Shown in pieces: positions 20,528 to 32,541 of a stretch of 64,000 nucleotides of DNA. The position numbers and the translations under genes were made by a program. The notes beneath the pieces are model-generated. The model was not told the DNA's origin, did no database searches, and saw only the letters and a program-made list of their open reading frames with translations. Numbering within the stretch: position 1 is the stretch's first letter; every line of letters begins with the position of its first letter. This stretch comes from Lobosporangium transversale (taxonomy: Eukaryota), in contig NW_019029004.1 of NCBI RefSeq assembly GCF_002105155.1, positions 434,001 through 498,000 of the forward strand. Direction: 5' to 3'.

Positions 20528-22520
20528 TACAACATTCTACTGGAGCAAGCCTCACCAAGAGGCCTTTGAAAGACTGAAGCAGGCAGTCACCATGGCACCC
20601 GTACTCAGAATTTTTGACCCTGCCCTAGCAACTTCCGTCGAAACTGATGCATCAGGTTTCGCCATTGGTGCAGTCTTGTTCCAAACAGATCACAAGGGTG
20701 AATCGCGCCCTGTTGCCTTTACATCACGAAAGTTGAGCTCTGCAGAACGAAACTACCCAACCCATGAGCAAGAATTACTAGCTGTCGTCCACGCCTTAAG
20801 AACATGGCGATACTATTTGGATGGATCTCATTTTATTGTCTATACTGACCATGCCACATTGCAGCATTTTCCAACCCAGCCAAACCTGACTCGGAGACAG
20901 GCCAGATGGATGGAACTCCTACAAGAATACGACTTCAACTTCAAGTACAAACCAGGCAAAGACAACATCGTCCCCGACGCTCTCTCAAGGAGGCCTGACC
21001 ACAAGGCGCAGGATCCCGCCAGTGAGCAGATTAACTCCATAGAAATAAGTTTGGACCCAGGCTTACGGCAGCGCCTGATAAAGTGTTACCCATATGACCT
21101 TAAGTTAGGATCACTTTACGAAAGCTGCCGCGAGGCAAGTCCCTCTGATCGTTATTTTGTTGCTGATGACCTATTGTGGATTAACATCGCTGGACAGACA
21201 CGTTTATGTATCCCGAATGATCCTAACATTCGCGCTCTCCTACTTCATGATGCACATGATTCTCCCATTGCTGGCCACCTCGGCTTCGAGAAAACATATG
21301 AAACCATGCGAAGGACTTTCTTTTGGCCACGAATGGCCCGAGACACCAAGACTTACATTGCATCATGCAAACAGTGCCAGCGAAATAAACCACTGCTTCA
21401 TCATCCTGCCGGATTATTCAAACCTCTCGATATACCTCTTGAACGATGGGAAACTGTCACCATGGACTTCATTGGCCCTTTACCCAAGACGAACCGAGGG
21501 TTCAATGCCATAACTGTATTCGTAGACAAGTTATCCAAACAAGTCCACTTCTGCCCTAGCCATACAACGGACACTGCTTCAGATATCGCGCGACTCTTCT
21601 TCAATAATGTCTTCCGACTCCATGGCATGCCACGAGCTATTGTATCGGACAGAGACTCAAGATTCACGGGACACTTCTGGACCACATTGATGAAGCTCAT
21701 GGGAACTAAACTCCATATGTCTACAGCATTCCATCCTCAGACAGACGGACAGACGGAGCGAGCCAACAGGACCCTGGAGGAAATGCTACGATCTTATGTC
21801 TCGTACAAACAGAATGACTGGGACTTGCTCTTACCAATGATGGAATTTGCATACAACAACTCCGTCAACCCCTCCACAGGGTTTTCCCCCTTTTTCCTAA
21901 ACCACGGTCATCATCCCATTGTCCCATCATCCCTCTTGAAACCACCAACAACAGATGTACCGGCTATCTCTACCTTCATTTCCACTCAAGCCTCTGCGTT
22001 GGCGCAAGCACAAGACGCAATAGCGACAGCTCAGGACATCCAAAAACGCCAAGCAGATAAAGCACGATCACCCGCCAGGTTCACTGTAGGCGATAGTGTC
22101 TTACTGAGTACGGAGCATATCACTGTCGCAGCTCACGCAAACCGACCCTCCAAAAAGTTAGAACCAAAATTCATTGGACCATTCAAAATCATAGAGAAGA
22201 TCAACGACAACGCGTACAAGCTCGAGCTACCTCCAAACATGAAACAACACCCTGTCTTCAATACAGATTTATTACGACATTATCACGAATCCCTGGAGAA
22301 TTTCGGCGAACGAGCACCTGCCAGACCCCCACCAGATTTAGTCGATGGCGAAGAAGAATATGAAGTGGAAAAGATTCTGGATTACAAACTATTTGGCAGA
22401 ACCCCCAAGTGGCTCGTGAAATGGAAGGGATATCCTGACGAAGAAGCAACATGGGAACGGAGATCCTCACTAGTTAATGCAAAAGAAGCACTGGAGGAAT
22501 TTCAAAAAATGCAACAGTGA
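20528..22520 (+). CDS. 5'-truncated pol (RNase H, integrase, chromodomain) of chromovirus C
   Basis: ETDASGFAIGAVL, HDSPIAGH...CKQC, TMDF, SDRD, DGQTER, KFIGPF, and chromodomain EYEVEKILD...WLVKWKGYPDEEATWE. Confidence 0.95.
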
Positions 22521-22600
22521 CACCAAAATTATTTTTCTCTGTTTCTTTTTTCTTTATTTTTCTTCTTTTTTTTTCTCTTCTCTCTTCCTTTCTTCTTTTA

Positions 22601-23248
22601 CTATCTCCTTTCCTCTCTTCCTCTCTTCCTTTTACCTCCCTTCTCTGCCCACTCCAGCATGGTAACAACCGCCATTTCCTCCATCAATCGACGACGTTCC
22701 CGTGCTCGCTCTTCTACACTCACATCCTGGGTCTGCAATGCACGAAACTCAAACGCTATCAGCGAAGAACACTCTCTTATCATCGACAACCTCGGTCCCC
22801 CATGACGACTCCTCTTCCGTCGCCTCTCCGGCTCCTCAGGACCATCCTCTCCATCAACAGCTTCCCACTGTGCATTGTCACTCGTCGAACTTACAGAAGC
22901 CAAACGGACCCCAGCCCCCTCCACTCCCGACGTCGCTGAAGTACTCGACTCCACATGATCTCTGGCTTCCCTCACAGTTGGCGAATCGCCCACCTCAGGA
23001 TACTCCTCCTTCGGTAGCATCCGCCCCAAGATTACAGGTGAAAGACGTGGAGACAATTCCAACCTCGTATCTAGCTCTTCCTCCTGAGGCACAGAATAAG
23101 GCTGTGTGGCGTCAGGGTCATCTGAAGAACCCTGGGAGCTTGGTACCGCCGACCGCTGTGTCAATACAACTTCAGAAAACACGCCACCAGAAGGAGCACG
23201 ACCTTTACGCGGTGGCATTGGATGAGAAGCCTTGCGTGAAGACATCAT
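22601..23248 (-). CDS. Antisense hypothetical protein (~215 aa) between pol and the 3' LTR of chromovirus C
   Basis: Open ORF with an acidic S/E/P-rich body, basic clusters RRRKRSR and KRKRGR, and an E/R-rich helical tail. Confidence 0.55.
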   Translation of the reverse strand: MMSSRKASHPMPPRKGRAPSGGVFSEVVLTQRSAVPSSQGSSDDPDATQPYSVPQEEELDTRLELSPRLSPVILGRMLPKEEYPEVGDSPTVREARDHVESSTSATSGVEGAGVRLASVSSTSDNAQWEAVDGEDGPEEPERRRKRSRHGGPRLSMIRECSSLIAFEFRALQTQDVSVEERARERRRLMEEMAVVTMLEWAEKGGKRKRGREERR

Positions 23249-23584
23249 GGAGACTTTTTTCCTTTTTTTGAAATAAGCAAAGAGGAATGAGGAAAGAATG
23301 CAACACGAACTCACCAACTCCATCGCCACTCATTCACCCATCCTCATCCACATGATCTGCATGAACCGCATGACCAGTAATTTTAACCAATCAGACATCA
23401 CCACATCAATTTTTTTTTTTTTATTTATTATTTTATTTATTTCTCCTCTCTTCTCTTCGTTTTCTTTATTTCCATCAATTTTTTTTTCTCTTTTCTTCTT
23501 CGATTTATGATCTCCTTCATTTTTGACGGGAAGGATGCAAACGTGTTATACAATACTGACTCAAACCTTTGAGGAGGGCTCAAC

Positions 23585-23726
23585 TATCACGCGCACCCCA
23601 GGCGCCAAGACGCCAAGCCCAAGTGCCAAGACACCAAGCCCCAACCCTATCAATTATCAGTATAAATAGTCCACTACGTTATAGCCAAATAAAGTATCCT
23701 TTGACCTTCGATTCCACCTAAGATCA
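23585..23726 (+). repeat. Probable 3' LTR of chromovirus C
   Basis: Polypurine tract GAGGAGGG followed by TATCACG (a TGTCACG variant), GCCAAG tandem repeats, TATAAATAG, AATAAA and a CA end. Confidence 0.65.
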
Positions 23727-25436
23727 CCTTTGATTGTTACTATTTACACCATGTATGTGACGCACCGCCGATGATATTGACAAGTTCTTCTCGCCGCTGC
23801 TTGTCTTGAAGCCATTGCCAATACCTTCTTGTGCATTTGTGTTATCGGAAAGTTTGGGGTTTTCAATATCACGTAGGGCTGGGAATAGCAATTTACCACG
23901 AGAAGGGTTGAGATACCAATCAATCCATGGCCCAATCTTCTTGAACCTGGCACGAATGCTAGTGACAGTAGCCTCAAATTGCTTCACCGAGATTGAATCA
24001 TCGAGTAACTCCATCCCAAGTTTCATGAACTCTGCACTGTCTTCTGCTGGAATTGTTGCTCCATTCCGTGCAGTCCTGTTCAGTGAGCGCTTGTAATGAA
24101 CATGACAAAATTGATAGAGACCACTTAAATCAATTTCTTCATCATGAAGGCGAATTGCTTCTTTAAGGCTAGTATAAAGCCCTTTCTTTCGGCCTCCGAC
24201 AAATCGCAGGTCATTCCAGGAAAGTGTTCTTTGAAATCGTCAAAAGTTTTGTATGCAAAGGATTTCAGAAAAACCAAAAAGTGCTTCTTGTAGTGCTCCT
24301 GCGATATCCCAAACATTATCGATATGGCTATTGGTACGTTCCTATTCAGAATATTGCATTTTCCTGACGTGAACGTAACGTTAATGTCTTGGAATTTCGT
24401 GTCTATTACAAATCCATGGATCGAATCACTTTGAAAGCCAGTATCAATCCACTGGCACTGTTGTTCCTTCATGAAGCTAATTTGGATGGTGATACATGTA
24501 TGTGCATCCTCTGATGAAAGACTTGTGGACCTAAAGAAACGTTCCTTAACTGATTCCTCCAGCTTGAAAATGTCCCCTAGTGAAAGGTCGTTATTTTTTA
24601 AGAATGATCTCCTATAATAACCAACTGTATTGAGATTCCCAAGGGAAGGGTGAATATTTGCGACAGAAGGGCGATCAATAGTGCCGACTAGGAGATCCTT
24701 TGGTTTGGAGGCTGGGTTTACGGCGATGATATCTTTCAGTTTCTTCAACGACTTTAAACCAGGCTTCCAAAAGTGGGGTTTAATATGATCGTGTACACCT
24801 TGGTGGTATAGCTCTCTTTTGTGGTTTTGTGGTGTCGTGAGGAGAGAATGCTATGGACAACGTAGCCATGCAGGGCACATGAGTGAGCTGGACTTGGTGC
24901 AGGGGACAACTCTTTGTTTCGGGTAATGGTAGACAATGTTTCCTTCTTCCAGCTCGAGGAAGCTTTGGTCTACTGTGACACATACACCCAGGGGCCGGAC
25001 AATGATACACACCCAAACAGGATTTGAAATACTTTTTTCTTCCCTTTTTCGCTTCACTGTGGCTATATGTTAACATAGCCCACCCGACATTAATATCAGA
25101 AGGACCCTCATCGGCATTCATGTCGAGAAAGTATGTTACATCTCCATTCGGAAAAAGTGGTGAATGTTCATGCATGTAACCCCTCTGAGAGTTGGAGAGG
25201 TCGTTTTTATGAGACATGTCTAGAGGGGAGAGAGACTGAGAAAATTTACCATGAGAGGATTCCAAAGTGGGAGAGAATGAACCAGGTTCTGGGGTAGAGG
25301 AGAGCTGCTCAAGTCCGGAGGTAAGAACAGAGGACGAAAGAGAGGTCAAATCATCAGTTATCCTGGTGGTCGAGGAAGAGTGATCGTTTTCTTGTGCCTG
25401 TGTAGAATAAAAAACGAAGGCAGCTAAGTAAATCAT
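23727..25436 (-). pseudogene. MULE transposase with N-terminal GCM-like zinc-binding domain, frameshifted and 3'-truncated
   Basis: GWAM...KSCLGVYHC...CPLH...HVPC matches the GCM signature, followed by QSD, TCD, FCHVH (CxxH) and TNAQE of a MULE DDE core across three ORFs. Confidence 0.85.
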
Positions 25437-25673
25437 GGCCCCCTTTTTTTAATACATTATGAGTATACATATTTATGATACATACCCTTCCCTTCATGTG
25501 GAGGGTTGAGTCTTTTTCAAGGACAGGGGTGTTGTCCTTTGACCCCAAAAGAATCATAATATTTTTGTGGAGATCCAAGTCTTTTTTCGATGGGTCTAAG
25601 TGTTCAGCCACCAGGCAAAAGATCCCTGTCAAAAGAGTGAAAGCAGATTCCTTGTTGATAGAAATGTTTGACA

Positions 25674-25859
25674 TTTTGAAGGTGTTGTAGGGTGATAGAG
25701 ATTTATTGATAATTGATTCAGATGTTGCTATAGCTGGTTAGCAAAAAAAGTTTTATGGTAAGGAGATCAAACATTGTTTATTATTGTTGCTAGGTGAGAG
25801 CTTTATAGATCTATAATTAAAAGAGGATGCCCATATGGATGCACTCAAAGGAGATAACA
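25674..25859 (-). repeat. Diverged 5' LTR and leader of an element-A-related retrotransposon
   Basis: 25751-25846 aligns by eye with 6427-6570 with two gaps. It starts TGTTAT and is followed by an ORF that begins MSNI, as in element A. Confidence 0.7.
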
Positions 25860-25955
25860 TTGGTTACAAGCCATAGTATTGAAATTGGGTATATTCTCTA
25901 TGTGACTGTTAGGTGTGTTTGTAACTTCGCACACACCCAATTCAATGGCACCGGC

Positions 25956-26053
25956 CAGTGCTCCTATTCGGTTTAAAATTTTGTCAATTGATATTTATTT
26001 TTTTAATCTGAAACATCATAATTGACAAAATTTTAAACCGAATAGGAGCACTG
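25956..26053. mobile_element. 98-bp fold-back MITE
   Basis: Perfect 34-bp TIR CAGTGCTCCTATTCGGTTTAAAATTTTGTCAATT; no clear target duplication. Confidence 0.8.
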
Positions 26054-26224
26054 TCCAGGCACCCTAGAAATTGACCCCGAAAATCTCAAGTTTGGACCCA
26101 ACCTGTCGGTGACCGTTAGTGCATTGCACATAAGCCACACAGGCTGGTGACGAGCCTAAGGGTGGCCAATATTAATAATAATAAAAACTCTGGTCTTGAC
26201 TTAGCGAATACCAGGAAATATCTC

Positions 26225-26388
26225 ACTTCCTAGGGACATAAAAACGACTTTATAGACCCTTTTAGCTAGATCGTGACATATTATGAGGTCTCTCGCTCGA
26301 AAACGACACCTGGTATCAGTACTTTTATTCGATTCGAATAAGGTAAGTTCGAATGCTATTCGAACCATTGGGCATAATAGGACATGGT

Positions 26389-26419
<31 letters not shown>

Positions 26420-27067
26420 TTGGGTGTAATAGTATAATGACCATACTTACGCTTCTTCATCCCAGGCCAAGTTCATTATGCTCGGTGAGAGAAATAGTCT
26501 TCTCCCTACAACGATCCAACATTTAGTAATTTTGGATTCTTGGTTGAAAGAGATTCCTTGATTGAGTCTTGTATAATTTTCTAGATAATAGTATAAGCAG
26601 CTCTCAAAGCTAGCAAATCAGATATAATACAACTCTGAACTTTAACTCACACCACTTGGCAATTCGAACCACTCAAATCACTTGAACAATTCGAGTTATG
26701 AAGGGCTCGAACCATTCGAATCGATCCAGGATAGGGCTTATTCGAATCGATTCTAATTTACCACGATTCGATTTCGATTTGTTCGAATCGAATAGGAGCA
26801 CTGCCTGGTATCGCCTTTCCCGCCAATTTCTGGCGCTGCTCGTCTGCCAAAGCTTTCAGGGGAAATGTAATGACAATAATGCATACAGGCCATAGCACCA
26901 GTGGAAGGAAGTAAGTGTTTTCCCCAAGCACATCCTGCAACAAGTATGCAGACTTCTCCTCGTCCGATTGCGTCAACGACCCTGAGCTGAAATTCATTGG
27001 GGTTGAGGTGGAAAATTTTAAGGCATTCATTGATGGCAACAGAGTGGTCAAAGGTTGGTGATTGCAT
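26225..27067 (-). pseudogene. RecQ-like helicase N-terminal relic interrupted by the hAT element
   Basis: FQLRVVDAI, AGCAWGK (motif I), PLKALADEQ (motif Ia), and YKVVFMS beyond the insertion; frameshifts and stops present. Confidence 0.8.
26317..26803. mobile_element. Non-autonomous hAT-type element (487 bp)
   Basis: 8-bp target duplication CCTGGTAT at 26309-26316 and 26804-26811; TIR CAGTGCTCCTATTCGATTCGAA (left copy degenerate); many TTCGAA subterminal repeats. Confidence 0.88.
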
Positions 27068-27756
27068 TGTGTTGAGTGGTTGGTATTGTGGGGCAGATGA
27101 ATGATGTGCATTGAGTTAGGGTTAACTGCGTAGTTAAATAAGAAATATTTTTTATTGATGGTCAGGCTCGAAGCGAGTTATGTAAGTTTGGTATCAGATC
27201 GGTAGGAAACGAAAAAGTATTCCAAAGGATCTCTATGCCCAACATCACGAAGTTGCTTTTTTTTTTTTTTTTTTTTTGTAAGGAAATGAAGGTCATGTGC
27301 AAATACACTAACACGCAAAAACCGGGTAATTTTTTTACTTTTACTTTGCCGCGTCACCATGGATGCTGTACTCTCTGGGATAATAAAGTAAAAGTAAAAA
27401 AAATTAAAACATTCACGCGTTTTGCATGTTAGCGTTTAACGATTCAATCACGCTCAATCTGAGCCATCCGTTTCCAACCAATTGTCAGTAGTAGCAGGCA
27501 ATGAGACATAGTCGATGTCCTGTGTGTCTACAACAAAAAAAAGATTGCACAAGTGCACAAGTGGGGACATTTTATAAATTTATAGATGACTTTGAACAAG
27601 CTACAGATATTTTTCAAAGCTATTGTACAGAATAAGTAAGCGCAAAACGACAGCTAAATACTAAGAATAAAAGAAATAAAAATAAAATGGATTGGTTGCG
27701 GATGGATAGGGTATCTGTTGTGAAAAGCATGCCAAAGTCGTGGAAAAGAGGGAGTA

Positions 27757-27788
<32 letters not shown>

Positions 27789-27882
27789 GAAAGAAGGACC
27801 ATGTAATATTGACCATAGATAGTAAAGAAGTGTTCTCTGATATTAGCTGTAATATGAATATCTTTCCACTACTTGCTGACAT

Positions 27883-29258
27883 TCATTCATCCACGGGTGG
27901 AGCATGGAATAATGTGAAGTTGACGAGGTTTGCCTGCGACTTTTCTTTATCGTGCCGATGGATGCGAATATGCTGATTTAAATTGTCACTGCGTGAAAAG
28001 CGTTTTGTACACGTAAGGACGGGGCATCCAAAAGCTGATGATTGTTAAAGTAAGAAGAAAAGGCAGATGGGTTACACCTTAGACTTCCCTTCATTATCAT
28101 TTATAACCAAAATGATTAAAGGCAGTACGAAAAACACTTACGTTTATCTTGTGTATGCACTGATCGTATATGGCGCTTCAGATGTTCAGAGCGCTTAAAA
28201 AGCCTGCCGCAGCTCTCCATCGGGCACGTAAACTCTCTAGTCAAAATGTCCGGGTTCAGAGACGAACGGCGAGCTCGGACTTTGGTAGAGGTAGTAGATG
28301 CAGTTGTGGACGACGAGGCAGAGGAAATAGAGCCATTGGAGCTTAGTGAATTCATTGAGGCGGTCGAAGAAATTGACGTTGAAGACGCTGTGGGAAGCAT
28401 TGGGGCACTGTCGACTATAGGAAGAGCTAGAGGGGCCTGTGCAGCCTCTAATAGTTCATGAGACTCTGTCATGGGATAAAGAGAACCAAGCGAGGCATGA
28501 CGGGGGAAAGCCTCAAGCGGATATTCATTTGGAACTTCGAAACGTGAGAAAGTTGATTCATACAGAGATGATAGCGAAGAAGTTGAATACCCACGAGTAC
28601 AACGGAAGGATTGCGAGGGACTTATGTCCACGGATTGATCAAATGCGACAACAAAGTCCTCAGCAGTCGGTGTGGTAGGAGTCCGCGAAGAAGAGGTGCC
28701 TGTATCCTGAATATCCTTTGAAGGATGAAAACATTCTGATAAAGTTTGGTGTTGTGGTGTGGTCTTGTTGCTGGCTTCATTAATACCAAATGGAGTGATT
28801 GGTGCTGGCAGTTGGAGAGGATGAATGGATGACTGATACTTGAACGTGTGAGTGGGCGTAAAGCCTGTGGTGTTATTGTAATCGTGTCCAATAGGGACCG
28901 ATGAGATGGACTGGAAAGTTGGATCGTTGTTGTAGACCGAGGGGTCGGTTGTAGTAAACTGAATTGGCTTAGAAGCCATTTGTGGAAGTTGACTGAGTGG
29001 ATGTGAATGTGGGGAACTGAACTGCTGAAACGGAGTTTGCAAGTATGTATGATAAGAAGCAGAACTCGTAGATTCAGAGAGAGCCAGTGAGTGCATCGCA
29101 TTTGTATTCGATATGGCTGGTCTGCATAGGATGAAATAGTCTTGTGGGTAGTTGGAACTTTGAATATGTGGAGCAGAATGCGAACGACCGAGGAACGGCA
29201 TTGTCATAGATGTAGCGACTGTTGTTATTTGTTGTTCATTATGGTCATACCCGGACAT
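27883..29258 (-). CDS. Msn2/Msn4/Seb1-like C2H2 zinc-finger transcription factor (2 exons)
   Basis: CPMESCGRLFKRSEHLKRHIRSVH, intron 28035-28141, then CTKRFSRSDNLNQHIRIH. Confidence 0.9.
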
Positions 29259-32200
29259 TGTGTCGTTTCGTTAACAATCGAAAATGTGGGGAAATAAAAC
29301 TAACCACACGTGGGAACAGCTCTGCTGCGTTTTATCAGAATACTGGACAAATCAAATAAAAAAATAAAAAAAATAAAAAAAATAATAAAAATAATAAAAG
29401 TAATAAAATAATAAAAATAATAAAAAAAAAAAAAGTCGGATAAAGAGACCAGCAAGAAGGACAATAAAAACCCTAAGCCGTCTCCAAAGTAATCACCGCA
29501 GTGTCGTATAAATCGTATAAATATAGTCGAAAGAAAATTGTCCTTAAGAAGACAAAAAAAAAGTGAGGAGAAATAAACAGTGTGGGAAATATAAGTGCTA
29601 GGTGTAGGTGGACTCGACGTGGATGTGATTAAATCGAATACAAAGGGCAGTTTCTGGAAAAGAACCAAAGTTGAAGCAGTTCGAAAGATGAAGAAAAAAG
29701 GTGGACGTTTTCTTGAGAACCGGATCTCTTGAGTATTTATGCTTAAAAAAAAAGAGGAAAACACTATTCATTCAGTTCTTAAAGAATGAATGAGTTAGAA
29801 TATGTTGGGTGCGGTCGACGCATTTATACATATTAATATATATATATTGAAATAATAAAAATAAAATAAGAAATAAAATAAAACGATGCAATCAATCGGG
29901 TATATTTCACAAAGCACAGTTCACTTTTTGTCCAGCATGCATGACACATTTACACAAGGAATACAATGCCAACTCTAATGGATGAGTTGCATTGAATAAA
30001 AAGTCGCTGTCAATAATACACCTCTTAATCTATTCATTTCTATACTTTCTGTATTTCTGCTTCTTCTATATTTTCTTCTTGTGTTTGATTCTGTTTTGTA
30101 TTGTGTTGTGTATAGCTTTGTGCATGGAGGATGTTAAGTCTGTTTTTTTTTTTTTTTGCCTCAGTACTTTGTATACCATTTTCTCCATTCATGACTTTTC
30201 TTATCTTCTCTTTACCATGCCTCATCCCTTCTCTTCACATCGCCTATTGGTGTTCTTTGTCTTTGTGTGCATAAATGAATATATATTTAGCCTGTATGCC
30301 GTGCCTCGTCCTATGTGCGTATAAAAGATGAAATAAAAGGCACTTATGCTTTATTCCCTTAATGCAAGGCGCCTCTAAAAAAATATGAACATGAATATTG
30401 TGAATCACTCTCGTGTTCTTATTTCCTTCGTGTCGTTTCTACATTGATACATTGAGTGATCAAAGCACGCTCAAGGTTGACTAACCACCGTATGTAGTCA
30501 AAGGTCAAAGGCCCCCTTTAGCTATTTGGCGCTTTTAGGCTTTTCTGATCGATCGATCTCATGCGTGTTTGTCACGCGAAAAGGACTAAAGACACTAAAC
30601 TCAAATGCCTAAGCTAGAATAGCGCACAAACTCCGCCACGCGTCGTTCGTCGATCACTCAAGATACCAAGATTTATTAATTAAAGAAAAAGAGTCAGCAA
30701 GTACCTAAAGGCACTACACGTTGTTCAACCATTGCAACCTAATGTATTTATTCGATTTGAGAAATGGAATCATCAAGAGATTCATGAAAATTCCTATTAA
30801 ACCGCTACCACAGAATCCAAATCAGCAACAGAGTCTTTATTTAAGTCAGGGTAAACCTGATTGTCATCTGCGATGAAAACTAATATTCCTCATACTCTGG
30901 ACCGGCGGGTTGAGCGATGTGTGTTTGGTTGCACAAACGAATGCTAGTAGGTTTCCATCTTGCATTTCAAGGAAGCTCAGGTTGATGTCAAAGCCGTATG
31001 GACCTAAAAAAAAAAAGGACAACTTAATCTGGTGACACAACACATTGAATTATAATACATCTTTAAATATAGTTTAAATATAATCTTTAGCATCTCATGC
31101 CGAGGTTTATAACTCATATTAATGCACCCATCATCCAGGCACTATGGTATTATTCAATGCATGCAAGCACACACGCATACATGTGTACAAATAGTCTGAG
31201 TGGAGAATAAAGAAAATGTTTTCTTGGTGCCGGACCCCACTTGATGACAACTTTCTCTTCTCCCCACAAGAGAAAAGTTACCCCTAAATATCGAATGCCC
31301 TGCACCATTTGATTCAAATGTACCAATCCATGAAGCAAAGCGCAAGGTTGGATTGACTCAGCACATGGGCATTAGTAGGTGTTGCCGCTTCGCATAAAAC
31401 TTGATTTGAAAAAAATGCATTGACCAACCAAGAGCCTGAACTGATTATAGCCTACTTACATTTGAAAATTCAGCGCAATACGAGTCTCCACTGTCGCCTT
31501 TACAGCCCTTCACCGCCTGCAATGTAAGTGCATAAGTAGAATCAGTAAAGAACAAAGGCTGTAGTGCGTACAGTTAGATAGCCCACCCTGCCCCGGCACT
31601 GTCGATAGCAAACCACACTGGAGTCAACTGTCGCCTAGCAAGCAACTGGACTAGTCCAGTTTCGGTATGGCCTCATTCGAAGATCTTGTATCTGTTACAC
31701 ACTCGTTACGCACATGAAACGCGCCTGGAGGTTTTTTATTCATTTATTTTATTACTGTTGATGATACAGAGGATTTAATGCTTGAAGAGTCCACCGACTT
31801 CGTGACTAGGATTGTCCATTGCAACACCATGACCCTTGCATCTTTTCCATATAATAGCTAAAATAGTAACAAAGCATTTACAATTAAAACTTTATTCTTA
31901 TTATGCCATGATGTGTTCTGTCTCCCTTCTTGAAGTTTATCTCCTTTCTTCTAGCCTGTCCCCTTTCTTGTGAGCTGGCAAGGTCAATGAGACCCTCACC
32001 CTGGTTTAAAAGTCTCCAATATGCACGAAAATGAGGGTAAGCGCTCTCGGACGAAATATCTACCATCGGTCATTAAAACCGAGCAGACAACATACTGTTA
32101 ATGTGGCATAACCACACTTCACTCCTCAAAAAGACTATCCTGAGTATTGAAAGTAAATGCTCCAGTGCTATTTACAGCTGCGCGTTATTAAGGTGCTAAG

Positions 32201-32541
32201 GCGGCAAGTCTGATCTGTGTTCATCGAACACCATTAAATGCGGGTGATATTTTGTGACCCCAAGCGTGCTCAAATGAAAGAATAGCCAGGGCCAGTAGAT
32301 GCGATTTTACCATTGATATTCATGCCTGTAGATATATCAATTTCTTGTCGCTCTAGTCCTACCAATTATTGACTACGAAGAGAGAGTTGAATTAAGGACA
32401 GGTATGGATCTTCTTACTCTACTTTGAGTTTCTACCAAAAAAAAAAAAAAAAAAAAAAGAATTGAAAGTGACAGCTCCAAAAATTTCCGCTCCTCTTTTT
32501 TTTTTTTTTTAATCTCTCATCCGCAGCAACTAGTTTTGAGC

